Both the position numbers and the translations under genes were made by a program. The notes under the pieces were generated by a model. The model was given only the letters and a program-made list of their open reading frames with translations. It was not told the origin of the DNA and did no database searches. Below are positions 53,092 to 62,855 of a DNA stretch of 64,000 bases, piece after piece. This DNA is from an uncultured delta proteobacterium (GTDB lineage: Bacteria > Desulfobacterota > Binatia > UBA9968): positions 64,001-128,000 of the forward strand of contig CAVXEP010000007.1 in the NCBI GenBank assembly GCA_963760795.1, read 5' to 3'. Numbering within the stretch: the stretch's first letter is position 1; each line of letters begins with the position of its first letter.

Positions 53092-54366
53092 CTACAGTTT
53101 GAAAAACCGTCTGGCTTTAAGTTCAAATCGCGGCAATGTTCCCGGCGCGACCAAGTCAACATCGGCGCGCAGCCCGATGCGCTGGCGCAACCGCTGGGAA
53201 ATTTCCTGGCGCAAGGCGTCGCCGGTGCCGTGAAGCACGCTTGGCTCGACCACCAGCCTGATCTCGCGCATCGCTTCGCGTTCGAAGACTTCGACGCGAA
53301 ACTCCTCGATCTCGGCGAACTCACGGATGACGTTTTCCACCGCGCTGGGAAACACGTTGACGCCGCGCACCACGACCATATCATCGACCCGCCCAAGCAC
53401 GCCACCTTGCAAGAGCAGGAATGGCCGGCCGCATGGACAGGATGCATAACTCGGTTCAACCAGATCGCCGGTGCGGTAGCGGATGACCGGGCTGCCGATC
53501 CTGCCCAGGTTGGTGAGCACGAGCTCGCCCTGGTCATTTTCATCCACGGGGGCAAGGCTGACGGGATCGACAACTTCGGCGATGAATTCATTCTCGTTGA
53601 CGTGGACGCCGCCGGTCTGGAACTCGCACTGAAATCCGAAGGCGCCGACCTCGGTGGCGCCCGGGTGGTCGAAGCAGCGTGCGCCCCAGGATTCTTCGAT
53701 AATTTTTCGCGTGCTCGGAATGCTCGCTCCAGGCTCGCCGGCGTGAATGGCGATTCTGACGGCGGAATTTTTGGCTAGATCTATGCCAGCTTTTTTCGCT
53801 TCCGCCGCCAGATGGAGCGCGTAGGTCGGCGTGCAGACCAATACGGTCGCGCCGTAATCGACCATCGATTTCAGCCGCTGCGCGGTCGACTGCGCGCCAC
53901 CGGAAATCGCCAGCGCGCCGATTTTTCGCGCGCCTTCCCAGCCAGCCCAGAAGCCGATGAACGGGCCGAACGAGAAAGCGAAATAAATACGATCGTGAGC
54001 GCCAACTCCCGCGGCAGCAAAAATTGTTTTCCAGCACTCGGCCCACCAATTCCACGACTGTTCGGTATCGAGCCAGTACAAGGGTTTGCCGGTGGTTCCT
54101 GAAGTCTGGTGGATGCGGATGTAATCTTGCTGGGCAAAGGTCAGATCGCTGCCAAAGGGCGCATGGCGCTGCTGGTCCTCGACCAACTCGCTCTTGGTTG
54201 TAAACGGCAGCTCGCGCAAGGACGCCAGCGAATCAATATTTTCAACATTGGCCTGGGCAAACTTGCCGCGATAGAATTGATTCGCTGGCAAAAGCCTGTC
54301 GAGCATTTCGCCCAGCCGCGCAAGCTGCTGTTGCTCTAGGTGTTCGCGGCTCGAAGAAACATTCAT
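53092..54366 (-). CDS. Phenylacetate-CoA ligase (PaaK) family aryl-CoA ligase
   Basis: LPFTTKSEL, HQTSGTTGKP, TPTYAL, AGEPG, GATE, RYRTGD, GRVDDMVVVRGVNVFPSAVE. Confidence 0.88.
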   Translation of the reverse strand: MNVSSSREHLEQQQLARLGEMLDRLLPANQFYRGKFAQANVENIDSLASLRELPFTTKSELVEDQQRHAPFGSDLTFAQQDYIRIHQTSGTTGKPLYWLDTEQSWNWWAECWKTIFAAAGVGAHDRIYFAFSFGPFIGFWAGWEGARKIGALAISGGAQSTAQRLKSMVDYGATVLVCTPTYALHLAAEAKKAGIDLAKNSAVRIAIHAGEPGASIPSTRKIIEESWGARCFDHPGATEVGAFGFQCEFQTGGVHVNENEFIAEVVDPVSLAPVDENDQGELVLTNLGRIGSPVIRYRTGDLVEPSYASCPCGRPFLLLQGGVLGRVDDMVVVRGVNVFPSAVENVIREFAEIEEFRVEVFEREAMREIRLVVEPSVLHGTGDALRQEISQRLRQRIGLRADVDLVAPGTLPRFELKARRFFKL

Positions 54367-54378
54367 GGCGATGGCAGA

Positions 54379-55245
54379 CTATGCTTTGCCCGGTTCGATG
54401 ATTTTCCCCGCTGCGAAATCGACGACCACTTCCCAACCGCGCTCGGCGAACAGGCGATGGGTTGCTGCGGCGCCGGGAAGAGCGATGCCCGCTTTGCCGG
54501 CCAATTCCATGGCTCGGCCGGTGCGCTCGGGGCGTAAATTCAAACGATAGCGTTTGTCGCCGAGATTGAAGACGCCGTTGACCAGTTCGTCCAACCGCCA
54601 GCTCTGAGCGCAGCCGGCGGAGGCGGCGCGGGCAAAACTTTGCAGATCCAGACCCATCTTCTCGGCCAGTTGCAATCCTTCGTAAATCGCCAGTTGGGAG
54701 AACGTCTGCATCATCTCGTTGATGATCTTGCCCAGCTGGCCGTTGCCGTTCTTGCCCAGATAGGTGACCGTGCGGCCGATGATCTGCAGCACCGGCAGGC
54801 TCTGCTGGAACGCCTGGTAGCTGCCGCCGACGAATAGAGTCAAGTTGCCGTTGGTCGCGCCGATATCGGCGCCGCTCAGCGGCGAGTCGAGCATCTCGAT
54901 GCCGCCCTGGCGCAAGCTTGACGAGATTCTAACCGCCAGCTCCGCAGCGGTGCTGCTGAGATCGACGAACAAAGGCGCCGGGGTTGCGGCTTTGTCGATG
55001 CCCTGTTTGCCCAGGGCAACTTCCTCGAGGTCGCCGGCTTGGAGCGAAGCGATGACGATGGTCGCATGATCGGCGACTTCGGCGGGGGATCCAGCTTCCA
55101 GCGCACCCTCGCGCAAAAGCGGCAGCATTTTTTCTCGCACCAGATCGAAAACCGTCAAGGGATAGCCGGCGCGCAAAAGGCGCAGGGCGATCGCCCCGCC
55201 CATGTTGCCCAGGCCGATAAAGCCAAGCTGTTCAGGCGTTAGCAT
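54379..55245 (-). CDS. NAD(P)-dependent beta-hydroxyacid dehydrogenase (3-hydroxyisobutyrate dehydrogenase / tartronate semialdehyde reductase family)
   Basis: GFIGLGNMG, VDLSST, LDSPLSG, GNGQLGKIINE. Confidence 0.88.
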   Translation of the reverse strand: MLTPEQLGFIGLGNMGGAIALRLLRAGYPLTVFDLVREKMLPLLREGALEAGSPAEVADHATIVIASLQAGDLEEVALGKQGIDKAATPAPLFVDLSSTAAELAVRISSSLRQGGIEMLDSPLSGADIGATNGNLTLFVGGSYQAFQQSLPVLQIIGRTVTYLGKNGNGQLGKIINEMMQTFSQLAIYEGLQLAEKMGLDLQSFARAASAGCAQSWRLDELVNGVFNLGDKRYRLNLRPERTGRAMELAGKAGIALPGAAATHRLFAERGWEVVVDFAAGKIIEPGKA

Positions 55246-55256
55246 GACGATGCTTT

Positions 55257-56468
55257 CTAACCGAGCTTGGAGATGCTCTCTTGAAGCTCAGGGATGAGAT
55301 CGCGGAGTACCTCGGGAACTTTGTCGATGTCATATTCCTGCAGGCCGATTTCCAGATCGATGCTGGCGAGTTGTGTTTCTAACACGCCTTTGGGCCGCTT
55401 GCCGTTGGCCACCGCGGCGATGCCTTCGCGCAGCATTTTGCGCAGGAGCAAGATGGCGCGGTCGCCGTAGCCGGGATGTTCGAGGGTGCGATCGACGATC
55501 GCGCCCTGGCTTTCGACCATGGCTTTGTCTTCCAGCGGAATATTGCCGCGGATCTCGCCGTAGAATCTACGGTCGTAGGGTTTGCGCTCTCGCTGCTTGG
55601 CCTTTTCGACGTAGCCGCCGTGATAACTTTTCTGCTCGGGCGCTTTGGAATAGACGGTGAGGCGCATCTCCTCGCAGTGGGTATCGTCGATGGGCAGAAG
55701 CCAAATCGCCTGCTGGATCGGCTGCTCAAGTCCGCCGCCTTCGTCCCAGGGTTCGCGCGACTTGCGGTTGATGTTGGGAAGCACGGTACAACGCCGGCGC
55801 ACTTGTACCCTGTTGGGCGTCGCGCCGGGCGAGACGATGTAGATCGTCACGCCGTAGTCGCTCTCCACGGCTTTAAAGATCGGACATTGTTTATAGATGC
55901 CGTGGAGATAAGTCATGTGCGTGGTGTCGGTGGTGTTCTCCGCGCCCTGAAGCCAATTGCAGCTGTAGCCTTTGCCGAGCCGGGTGTCGCCCCGTTCGGC
56001 GACGCGATGGCCATCCATCACCAAGACATCGTAGCGCGGCAGCGGCGGCGGATTGGTTTTTTCCGGTCCCATGTAGGCAAAGACAAAGCCGCCCAACTCC
56101 TCGACCGGATACCAGGGATGGCGAATGTTGGGCGCGCTCTTGATCGGTTCGGCGGGGCGGTCGACGATGTTGCCCTTCCGGTCGTAACACCAGCCATGAT
56201 AGGCGCAACGAATGCCGTGATTTTCAATGATGCCGTACTCCAAAGAAGCTCTTCGATGAGCGCACTGGCGTCCGAGCAGGGTTAGAGAGCCGGAGAGATC
56301 GCGAAACAGCACCAGCTGTTCACCCAGGGCGTCGACCGGCACCGGAATGTCTTTGACTTCGTCGGAGAGCGCCACCGGCCACCAAAATTGGCGCAAATAG
56401 TTGCCGCCGAGACTTCCCGGCCCGACCTTCACGATGTCGTCCCAACTGAGATCGCTCGCTGTGGTCAT
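55257..56468 (-). CDS. Rieske non-heme iron oxygenase (phthalate 4,5-dioxygenase/LigX-like)
   Basis: VGPGSLGGNYLRQFW, CAHR...CAYHGW, ENTTDTTHMTYLH, EDKAMVESQG, EHPGYGDRA. Confidence 0.9.
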   Translation of the reverse strand: MTTASDLSWDDIVKVGPGSLGGNYLRQFWWPVALSDEVKDIPVPVDALGEQLVLFRDLSGSLTLLGRQCAHRRASLEYGIIENHGIRCAYHGWCYDRKGNIVDRPAEPIKSAPNIRHPWYPVEELGGFVFAYMGPEKTNPPPLPRYDVLVMDGHRVAERGDTRLGKGYSCNWLQGAENTTDTTHMTYLHGIYKQCPIFKAVESDYGVTIYIVSPGATPNRVQVRRRCTVLPNINRKSREPWDEGGGLEQPIQQAIWLLPIDDTHCEEMRLTVYSKAPEQKSYHGGYVEKAKQRERKPYDRRFYGEIRGNIPLEDKAMVESQGAIVDRTLEHPGYGDRAILLLRKMLREGIAAVANGKRPKGVLETQLASIDLEIGLQEYDIDKVPEVLRDLIPELQESISKLG

Positions 56469-56596
56469 CTATTTTTACCTCCGTTCATAATCCACCGTGG
56501 CACACGAAGATTTTGCAGAACTCTTTCCCATTTTGTTGCGGCTCTGCTGCGCCAGGCTCGTTGTGATTAATTCGTTTTCCGCTGTTCCACGGCGGT

Positions 56597-57580
56597 TTAG
56601 CGATACAGCTGTTGAAAAAACCCTTCCCGTTCGAGATTGCGCAAGATCGTGTCGTCGTAAAATTCTTCCGGCTTGGCCGTTTTGGCGCGGGGCTCGTCGG
56701 ACAGGCTTTCCAACGCCAGGCGAATGCCGTTAAGGGTCGGATAGGGAATGCGCGGCATCTTGGGCGCGAACAGATTGTAGGTTTCGTCGAGAATTCCTTG
56801 ATCCTGAACCCGCAGGTACTTTCCCATCACGCGCTTGGTAAACGCACCATCGGTCTTGTAGCGGTGCAGGCCTTCGGCATAGCCCATGAGAAATCGGCGC
56901 GCCATGTCCGGCTGGGTCTGGAGAAAACGGTCGGTGACGGTCACGTTGGAATTGGGAAACTCGAGGCCGATGTCGGAGAAATCCACCAGCTCTTTGAATC
57001 CCTTTCTGATCGCTGCGGCCGTGGTCGGGTAAGATAGTACGCCGCCGTGAATCGCGCCGGTCTGGAGCGCGACGAAGATCCCCTGGGCCTCGCCGAACTG
57101 GAGAAAAGTAACATCGCGATCCGCAATGTTGTGCTTTTTCAAAAGATAACGCATGCCGAAGTCGGTATTGCTGCCGAAGCGCGAGATGCCCAGACGTTTG
57201 CCTTTCAAGTCGGTCATGCTGCGAATGTCGGTCTGAGTAATCATCGACAGCGCGAGAGTATTAAAAGCCACCGCGATGATTTTTATTTCCGCGCCGCGCA
57301 GCCGGGCGCCCAACGGCGCGGCGCCGCCCACCTGGCCAATCTTGATATCGCCGCCGACCAGGGCCTGGACCATCTTGGTGCCGGTGCTGATGTAGATCAG
57401 ATCCACATCGAGACCGTGGCGCTGAAACGCGCCCGCCTCCTTGGCGAGCCAAAGCACGGCTTGGGTTCCCGACAGAGAGCTGTAGGCCGCGACCAATTTC
57501 TGCCCGCTCTGCGCCGCGACTAGCCTAGCGCAGCCGATTACGACAAGCAGGAAAATGCTGGCGCAACGGAAGGGTGTCAT
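56597..57580 (-). CDS. NitT/TauT ABC SBP
   Basis: Signal peptide, WLAKEAGAFQRHGLDV, LKGKRLGISRFGS, ALQTGAI. Confidence 0.9.
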   Translation of the reverse strand: MTPFRCASIFLLVVIGCARLVAAQSGQKLVAAYSSLSGTQAVLWLAKEAGAFQRHGLDVDLIYISTGTKMVQALVGGDIKIGQVGGAAPLGARLRGAEIKIIAVAFNTLALSMITQTDIRSMTDLKGKRLGISRFGSNTDFGMRYLLKKHNIADRDVTFLQFGEAQGIFVALQTGAIHGGVLSYPTTAAAIRKGFKELVDFSDIGLEFPNSNVTVTDRFLQTQPDMARRFLMGYAEGLHRYKTDGAFTKRVMGKYLRVQDQGILDETYNLFAPKMPRIPYPTLNGIRLALESLSDEPRAKTAKPEEFYDDTILRNLEREGFFQQLYR

Positions 57581-57589
57581 TTCGCTCCG

Positions 57590-57619
57590 ACTCTACGCGA
57601 GCGGCAAAGTTCAAGTCAA
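57590..57619 (-). promoter_or_regulatory. Candidate sigma70 promoter for the SBP-Rieske-hcr run
   Basis: TTGACT-N18-TAGAGT ending about 10 nt before the SBP ATG. Confidence 0.3.
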
Positions 57620-57680
57620 GGAAGTGACCAGCGTGAGTTTGCCTTGACAAGCACAACCGTGCATAGGAGATTTGCCTGCC

Positions 57681-58655
57681 ATGGCCAAGATCGTTTTAGG
57701 ACTGGCGACCTCGCACAGCCCGATGCTGTGCGTGCCGTCGAACCAGTGGGTGACGAGCTACGGTGCCAAGGATCAGCATGATCCGAGCTTGCCGCACTAC
57801 CCCGAGCTGCACCGGCAAAATTCCGCGCGGCTCGTGGCAGAGATAACCGCTGAAAAATGTCAGGAGCGGTTCGCCCTGGTGCAGGGAGCCATGGACCGGA
57901 TGGCGAAAACCTTGCAACGAATCTCCCCGGACGCCGTGATCGTCATCGGCGACGATCATCACGAAATGTTTCCCGAAGATCACATGCCCGCGGTCAACGT
58001 CTATTGGGGCGACAAGTATTTAAATTCCCCCGCGGACATGGAAAGGATTCCACCCTTTCGCCGCGCCGGCATGTGGGCCTATCATCCGCAGGAGCCGGAG
58101 TGGTATCCCTGCGACGCCGAGCTGGGACTGCGGTTGATCGAGTCGCTGATCGAGCAACAGTTCGATATCGCGCACTCGCGCGCGGTGTCGTCGGATCGCG
58201 GCATCGGCCATGCGTTTAACTTCATCGTGCGCCGCTTCATGTCGGCGATCGAACCGATCCCGCTGGTGCCGATTTTTCTCAATACCTATTTCCCGCCGAC
58301 CCAACCCACCGTGCGGCGCTGCTACGCGTTCGGCATGGCGCTGCGGCAAGCGGTGGAAAGTTGGGATGCCGACAAGACCGTTGCCGTGGTCGCTTCTGGT
58401 GGCTTGTCCCACTTCGTCATCGATGAAGCGATGGACCGCGCCCTGCTCGCCGCCATGGCGCAAAAAGATCGGGCCGCGCTCTGCCGCTGGCCGGAGCAAA
58501 TCTTTCAGTCGGGCACCTCGGAGATCAAGACCTGGATGGTTCTTGCCGGCGCCATGGAACAGACCGCGCTCCAAATGGGCTTGATCGATTACGTTACCTG
58601 CTACCGCTCGCTGGCCGGCACCGGCGTCGGCGCCGGATTCGCCGAGTGGGTGTGA
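57681..58655 (+). CDS. Class III extradiol ring-cleavage dioxygenase (LigB family)
   Basis: MAKIVLGLATSHSPML, IGDDHHE, GHAF, NTYFPP, SGGLSHF, SGTSEIKTW. Confidence 0.88.
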   Translation: MAKIVLGLATSHSPMLCVPSNQWVTSYGAKDQHDPSLPHYPELHRQNSARLVAEITAEKCQERFALVQGAMDRMAKTLQRISPDAVIVIGDDHHEMFPEDHMPAVNVYWGDKYLNSPADMERIPPFRRAGMWAYHPQEPEWYPCDAELGLRLIESLIEQQFDIAHSRAVSSDRGIGHAFNFIVRRFMSAIEPIPLVPIFLNTYFPPTQPTVRRCYAFGMALRQAVESWDADKTVAVVASGGLSHFVIDEAMDRALLAAMAQKDRAALCRWPEQIFQSGTSEIKTWMVLAGAMEQTALQMGLIDYVTCYRSLAGTGVGAGFAEWV

Positions 58656-58814
58656 TTGAGCCATCGGCGTCGCGTCGCATTCGAAAATTTTTCGCCGAGT
58701 CTGAGCACACTTCATGCCGCCAGAAGTTTTTTAATCGCTGTAACCGAGATAGAACTGCAAGGCGATCCATCCGAAGCCCGCACAAGACAGGCGAGTGCTT
58801 GACGCTACTCAGCC

Positions 58815-58842
58815 TTGCCCTGGTCATTCGCCTTGTTATAAC
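58815..58842 (+). promoter_or_regulatory. Candidate sigma70 promoter with extended -10 for the ABC operon
   Basis: TTGCCC-N16-TATAAC with TG-n directly before the -10 box. Confidence 0.35.
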
Positions 58843-58873
58843 CTGCCCCTCTCAAGCTATAGTCGGGAAACCC

Positions 58874-59680
58874 ATGGCGGCATTAACCAAGATCGAAATT
58901 CGCGATGTCGAGCATGTCTACCAAAGCGACTTCGCAACCGTCCCGGCATTGGCGAGCGTGAGTCTTACGGTCGGCGACGGCGAATTTGTCGCGCTGTTGG
59001 GGCCAAGCGGCTGCGGCAAGTCCTCGCTGTTACGCATCGTCGCGGAGCTGTTGCGACCGACGGCCGGCTCCGTGCAAATTTTTTCTTCAAGCGGTTTAGT
59101 TCAACAAGGCAACGGCCGGCCAAAAACCGCGCTGGTGTTTCAAGAGTATGCGCTATTTCCCTGGCGCACGGTCCTCGATAATGTCACCTTCCCGCTGGAG
59201 ATGCGCGGCATGACCCGTCATGACGGTCTGACTCGGGCAGGCGCGGTGTTGGCGCGCGTAGGGCTGCAACCGTTCGCCGGCGCTTACCCGCATCAGCTCT
59301 CAGGCGGCATGCGTCAGCGCGTCGGCATCGCCCGCGCCCTGGCGGCCGAGCCTGAGGTGCTGCTGATGGATGAACCGTTCGGCGCGCTCGATGCGCAGAC
59401 CCGCACGGTGCTGCAAGAAGAACTGCTGCGGGTGTGGGAAAGCGAGCGCAAAACCGTTCTCTACGTTACCCACAGCATCGACGAAGCCGTCTATCTGGCC
59501 GACCGCATCGTGCTCCTGACGGCGCGCCCTGGGCGGATCAAAGCCGAGTATGCGGTAGAGTTGCCGCGCCCGCGCCATATGGAGATGCGCGGTTGGAGTA
59601 CCTACACGAAGTTGTCGTTGGAAATTTGGCACGCGCTCAAAGACGAAGTGGATATGGCGTTGGCTTCGGAAGTGCCATGA
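58874..59680 (+). CDS. NitT/TauT ABC transporter ATP-binding protein
   Basis: GPSGCGKSS, VFQEYALFPW, LSGGMRQR, LLMDEPFGALDAQTR, VTHSIDEA. Confidence 0.93.
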   Translation: MAALTKIEIRDVEHVYQSDFATVPALASVSLTVGDGEFVALLGPSGCGKSSLLRIVAELLRPTAGSVQIFSSSGLVQQGNGRPKTALVFQEYALFPWRTVLDNVTFPLEMRGMTRHDGLTRAGAVLARVGLQPFAGAYPHQLSGGMRQRVGIARALAAEPEVLLMDEPFGALDAQTRTVLQEELLRVWESERKTVLYVTHSIDEAVYLADRIVLLTARPGRIKAEYAVELPRPRHMEMRGWSTYTKLSLEIWHALKDEVDMALASEVP

Positions 59681-59716
59681 CTCGCGCAAGTAATGGCAAC
59701 AGGGCGGTGGTGCGGC

Positions 59717-59950
59717 CTTTGCGAACTTCGCGTGCCTGGCGCGAACCAAATCCGAATCCGGAGAAGAAATTTTCTCGCAAAGGCGCAAAGACGCCAAGGT
59801 AAGATTCGGATTTTTTCGGGGTCGGTTCGATCCCTAAACTTTGCGCCTTGGCGTCTTGGCGAGAGTAATATCCGAATTCCGAGAAGAATTATCTCGCGCA
59901 AAGCATTTCCTGAGCACCGTCGAAGGGAGCGCAATGGACGCCAAGCTCGG
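59717..59950. repeat. CGCAAAG/CGCCAAG-family multi-arm element between ATPase and permease
   Basis: CTTTGCGAACTTCGCGTGCCTGGCGCG; CTCGCAAAGGCGCAAAGACGCCAAG ... CTTTGCGCCTTGGCGTCTTGGCGAG; CTCGCGCAAAGC...GGACGCCAAG. Confidence 0.85.
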
Positions 59951-59956
59951 AGAGTA

Positions 59957-60748
59957 ATGATGTCTTCTGGCCTTTTATCTCGCGAGGTCACTATTCCGCT
60001 GGCGACTTCGCTTGCCATGCTCGCCGCTTGGGAAACCCTGGTCCACGCCGGCTTGCTGCGCGCCGCCTTCTTTCCGGCGCCGACGCACATCGCTCACACC
60101 CTTTTCAGCTTGGCCTTGAGTGGCGAGTTGTGGCTTCATATTGCGACGACGTTAGCGCGTCTGATTGCCTCGTTCCTGATGGCAGTGATACCCGGCACGG
60201 CGCTCGGCCTGGCGATGGGCTGGTGGCTCGAGATGCGCCTGGCAGCCGATCCGCTCGTGCGGCTCTTGTTTCCGATCCCGAGCATCGCTTTTTTCCCGGT
60301 GGTGATTTTCTATTTCGGTCTGAGCGAATGGGGCTTGCTTCTGACCGCCGCGATCACGCCGTTTCTCTTGATCACGGTGCAGGCCGCCGCGGCCGTCGAG
60401 GGATTGGAGCGGACGCTCTTGGAAGCAGGGCGGAATTATGGCGCCACCGGACGGCGGCTGTTCATGCGCGTGATACTGCCGGCGGCGCTGCCGCAGCTGT
60501 TCATCGGTTACCGCCTCGCTCTAGGAGTCGGCTTCATCGTCACCGTGGCGGTGGAAATGATCGCGGCTAAACATGGACTAGGCGGTTTTCTCTGGCACTC
60601 CTGGCAGATCCTGCGCATCGAGGAAATGTATGTCGGTCTGGCGCTGATCGGGCTGCTCGGAATTGTCGTAACCTACGGATTGGCAGCGCTCGCGGACCGC
60701 TTAATGCCGTGGCAAGTCGATTTGTTACGCTCGAAGGGACAGCGGTAA
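59957..60748 (+). CDS. NitT/TauT ABC transporter permease
   Basis: WETLV...FFPAP, LFPIPSIAFFP, LLEAGRNYGA, VILPAALP, VAVEMI. Confidence 0.9.
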   Translation: MMSSGLLSREVTIPLATSLAMLAAWETLVHAGLLRAAFFPAPTHIAHTLFSLALSGELWLHIATTLARLIASFLMAVIPGTALGLAMGWWLEMRLAADPLVRLLFPIPSIAFFPVVIFYFGLSEWGLLLTAAITPFLLITVQAAAAVEGLERTLLEAGRNYGATGRRLFMRVILPAALPQLFIGYRLALGVGFIVTVAVEMIAAKHGLGGFLWHSWQILRIEEMYVGLALIGLLGIVVTYGLAALADRLMPWQVDLLRSKGQR

Positions 60749-61524
60749 TGGCGCGACGGCATAGCGCTTGGCGCGCTGTTGTTTCTCCGGCGATCGCCGT
60801 CCTCGTCTGGGAGCTGTTAGCGCAGGCTGGAGTCCTGCGCGCCAACTATGTCCCTGCGCCGAGCCAACTGGCACCTCATCTCGTCGAGCTTTTGGCCGGT
60901 GGCGAGCTGTGGCGCCACCTCTCCGTGACTCTGTATAGGCTTTCACTGAGTTTTCTATTCGCGCTCATCCCCGCCGTGCTGCTAGGCTTGAGTCTGGGCA
61001 TGTCGCGCGGCTTGCAGCTAGCTCTTGAACCTCTGCTCAACTCGCTCTACGCAATCCCGAAAATCGCCCTGTTGCCATTGGTCATGCTGATATTGGGCGT
61101 CAACGAGCGCACGCTGATCTTCACGTCGACGCTGACGAGCTTCGTGCAGATGACCGTGAGCACGACTGGCGGGGTGTTGGCGGTCGATCGCAGCATCTTG
61201 GAAGCGGGCAAGAACTACGGCGCCACCGGCTGGCGTTTGTTCCGCTATGTGCTATTACCCTCAGCCTTGCCGGACATCTTCACCGGCATGCGCATCGGGC
61301 TGGGTCTGACCCTGGTTCTGGTGATCGCCGTTGAGCTGACCGCCGCGCAGGAAGGGCTCGGCGCGTTTCTTTGGACCGCGGGCCAGACTTTTTCGGCGAA
61401 AAATTTATTCTCCGCATTCATCGTGATCGGCGTCCTCGGTTGGACGCTCAGCTATGGACTGGAGCGCATCGGGCGGTGGTTAATGCCTTGGCAGCAGCGG
61501 TCGAGCGCTGCTATGTTCTTGTAA
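60748..61524 (+). CDS. NitT/TauT ABC transporter permease
   Basis: TAATG stop/start overlap; YAIPKIALLP, ILEAGKNYGA, LLPSALPDIFTGMR. Confidence 0.9.
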   Translation: MARRHSAWRAVVSPAIAVLVWELLAQAGVLRANYVPAPSQLAPHLVELLAGGELWRHLSVTLYRLSLSFLFALIPAVLLGLSLGMSRGLQLALEPLLNSLYAIPKIALLPLVMLILGVNERTLIFTSTLTSFVQMTVSTTGGVLAVDRSILEAGKNYGATGWRLFRYVLLPSALPDIFTGMRIGLGLTLVLVIAVELTAAQEGLGAFLWTAGQTFSAKNLFSAFIVIGVLGWTLSYGLERIGRWLMPWQQRSSAAMFL

Positions 61525-61544
61525 GGCTGGCAAAAGGCGGCAAG

Positions 61545-61680
61545 AACAGAAATTCGAAGCGCGGCCGAACCGAAACAAATTGATGAAAAACAACTCAATG
61601 CTCCGAACGAGAAGGATCGGATTCGGTTTGTTTCAGTTTGTGGCCCGTTTTCGATTTCGGCTTCGGATTTTATTTCGCTA
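61545..61680. repeat. Degenerate inverted element of TTCGAA/TTCGGA units
   Basis: GAAATTCGAAGC...CGAACCGAAACAAA ... TTTGTTTCAGTTTG...TTTCGATTTCGGCTTCGGATTT. Confidence 0.6.
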
Positions 61681-61718
61681 GCGTCTTGACGCGAGGAATA
61701 ATTTGAGGAGGAAAACAT

Positions 61719-62723
61719 ATGAACGGCAGTAAATCGTGGCTTAGTGTACTGCTTGTCCTTGGAGTTGCGATCTCACTGGGCACCAACGGTTGGGCGCAAT
61801 CGGTGGTGAAGATCGGTTTCGTTCCTTCCGAATCGTTTGCGCCGCTGTTCGTGGCGCACGAGCGGGGTTATTTCAAGGCGCAGGGTATAACCACCGAGCT
61901 GGTGCGCTTGCCCAGCGGCGCGGCGATTCTTACCCAGGTTTCCACCGGCGACATTCAAGCGGGCGGCGGCGCTCTGGGCGCGGCGGCATTCAACGCGGCC
62001 AATCAGAAACTACCAGTGGCGTTTGTCGCGCCAATGCATTTTGCCTACGTCGAAGATTATCTGGTGATTCGAAAGGTGGAGATTGACGCGGGCCGGTTCA
62101 AGTCCGTCGCTGACTTGCGCGGCAAAGCCTGCGCCATCAATGCCAAAGGCGTGGCAACCGAATGGGTGCTCGACGAAGTGTTGAAACCGGGCGGACTCAG
62201 GATCGACAACGTCGACGTCAAGACACTGCCGTTTCCTGAAATGTTACCGGCCCTGGACAATGGCGCTATTCACTGCGGCATCATCACCGAGCCTTTCGCG
62301 ACGCAAGCGGAGGAGAAAAACATCGGCGTGCGCCCGCTCAAGGCGAAGCCCGGCGCCAAGCCGGTGCCGATCACGGTCGCCTTCTGGAATAGCGACTGGG
62401 CGAAAAAAAACGATAGCGCCGCCAGGGCGTTCATGAGCGGTTATCTGCGCGCGGTGAGAGATTTGAGCGAGCCCAACGCTTGGAAAGCGCCCGTGCACAC
62501 CGAGATCATCAACAAACACACCGGCGTTGCCGCCGCCGTCTTGCTCAAGACGCGCGCGCCGGTTTTCAGTCCCAACCTGGAGCTTGAAGATAAAGAGATG
62601 ATGTCGCAGCAGGAGTTCAACCTGCGGCTGGGTTATTTGAAATACAAAGAGATCAAACCGATTAAAGAATTGGTCGATCTGTCCTACGCTGAAGCGGCGG
62701 TGAAGCAAGCGGGGCGGAAGTAG
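61719..62723 (+). CDS. NitT/TauT ABC SBP
   Basis: Signal peptide, APLFVAHERGYFKAQGI, DLRGK, LPFPEMLPALDNGAI, TEPF. Confidence 0.9.
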   Translation: MNGSKSWLSVLLVLGVAISLGTNGWAQSVVKIGFVPSESFAPLFVAHERGYFKAQGITTELVRLPSGAAILTQVSTGDIQAGGGALGAAAFNAANQKLPVAFVAPMHFAYVEDYLVIRKVEIDAGRFKSVADLRGKACAINAKGVATEWVLDEVLKPGGLRIDNVDVKTLPFPEMLPALDNGAIHCGIITEPFATQAEEKNIGVRPLKAKPGAKPVPITVAFWNSDWAKKNDSAARAFMSGYLRAVRDLSEPNAWKAPVHTEIINKHTGVAAAVLLKTRAPVFSPNLELEDKEMMSQQEFNLRLGYLKYKEIKPIKELVDLSYAEAAVKQAGRK

Positions 62724-62742
62724 CCGGTCATTTTTGAATAAC

Positions 62743-62824
62743 CGTTCAAGACGTTCAAAGATCGGTTGACAAATCGTTCAAACCGGAGTTTGAACGGAGC
62801 GTAGCGGTTAAATTGCTTCTGAAC
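62743..62824. repeat. GTTCAA/TTGAAC family inverted element
   Basis: GTTCAAGACGTTCAAAG...CGTTCAAAC-CGGA-GTTTGAACGGAGCGTAGCGGTT. Confidence 0.75.
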
Positions 62825-62855
62825 ATCTTGCGCTTTACAACATTGAGGAGCCGCC

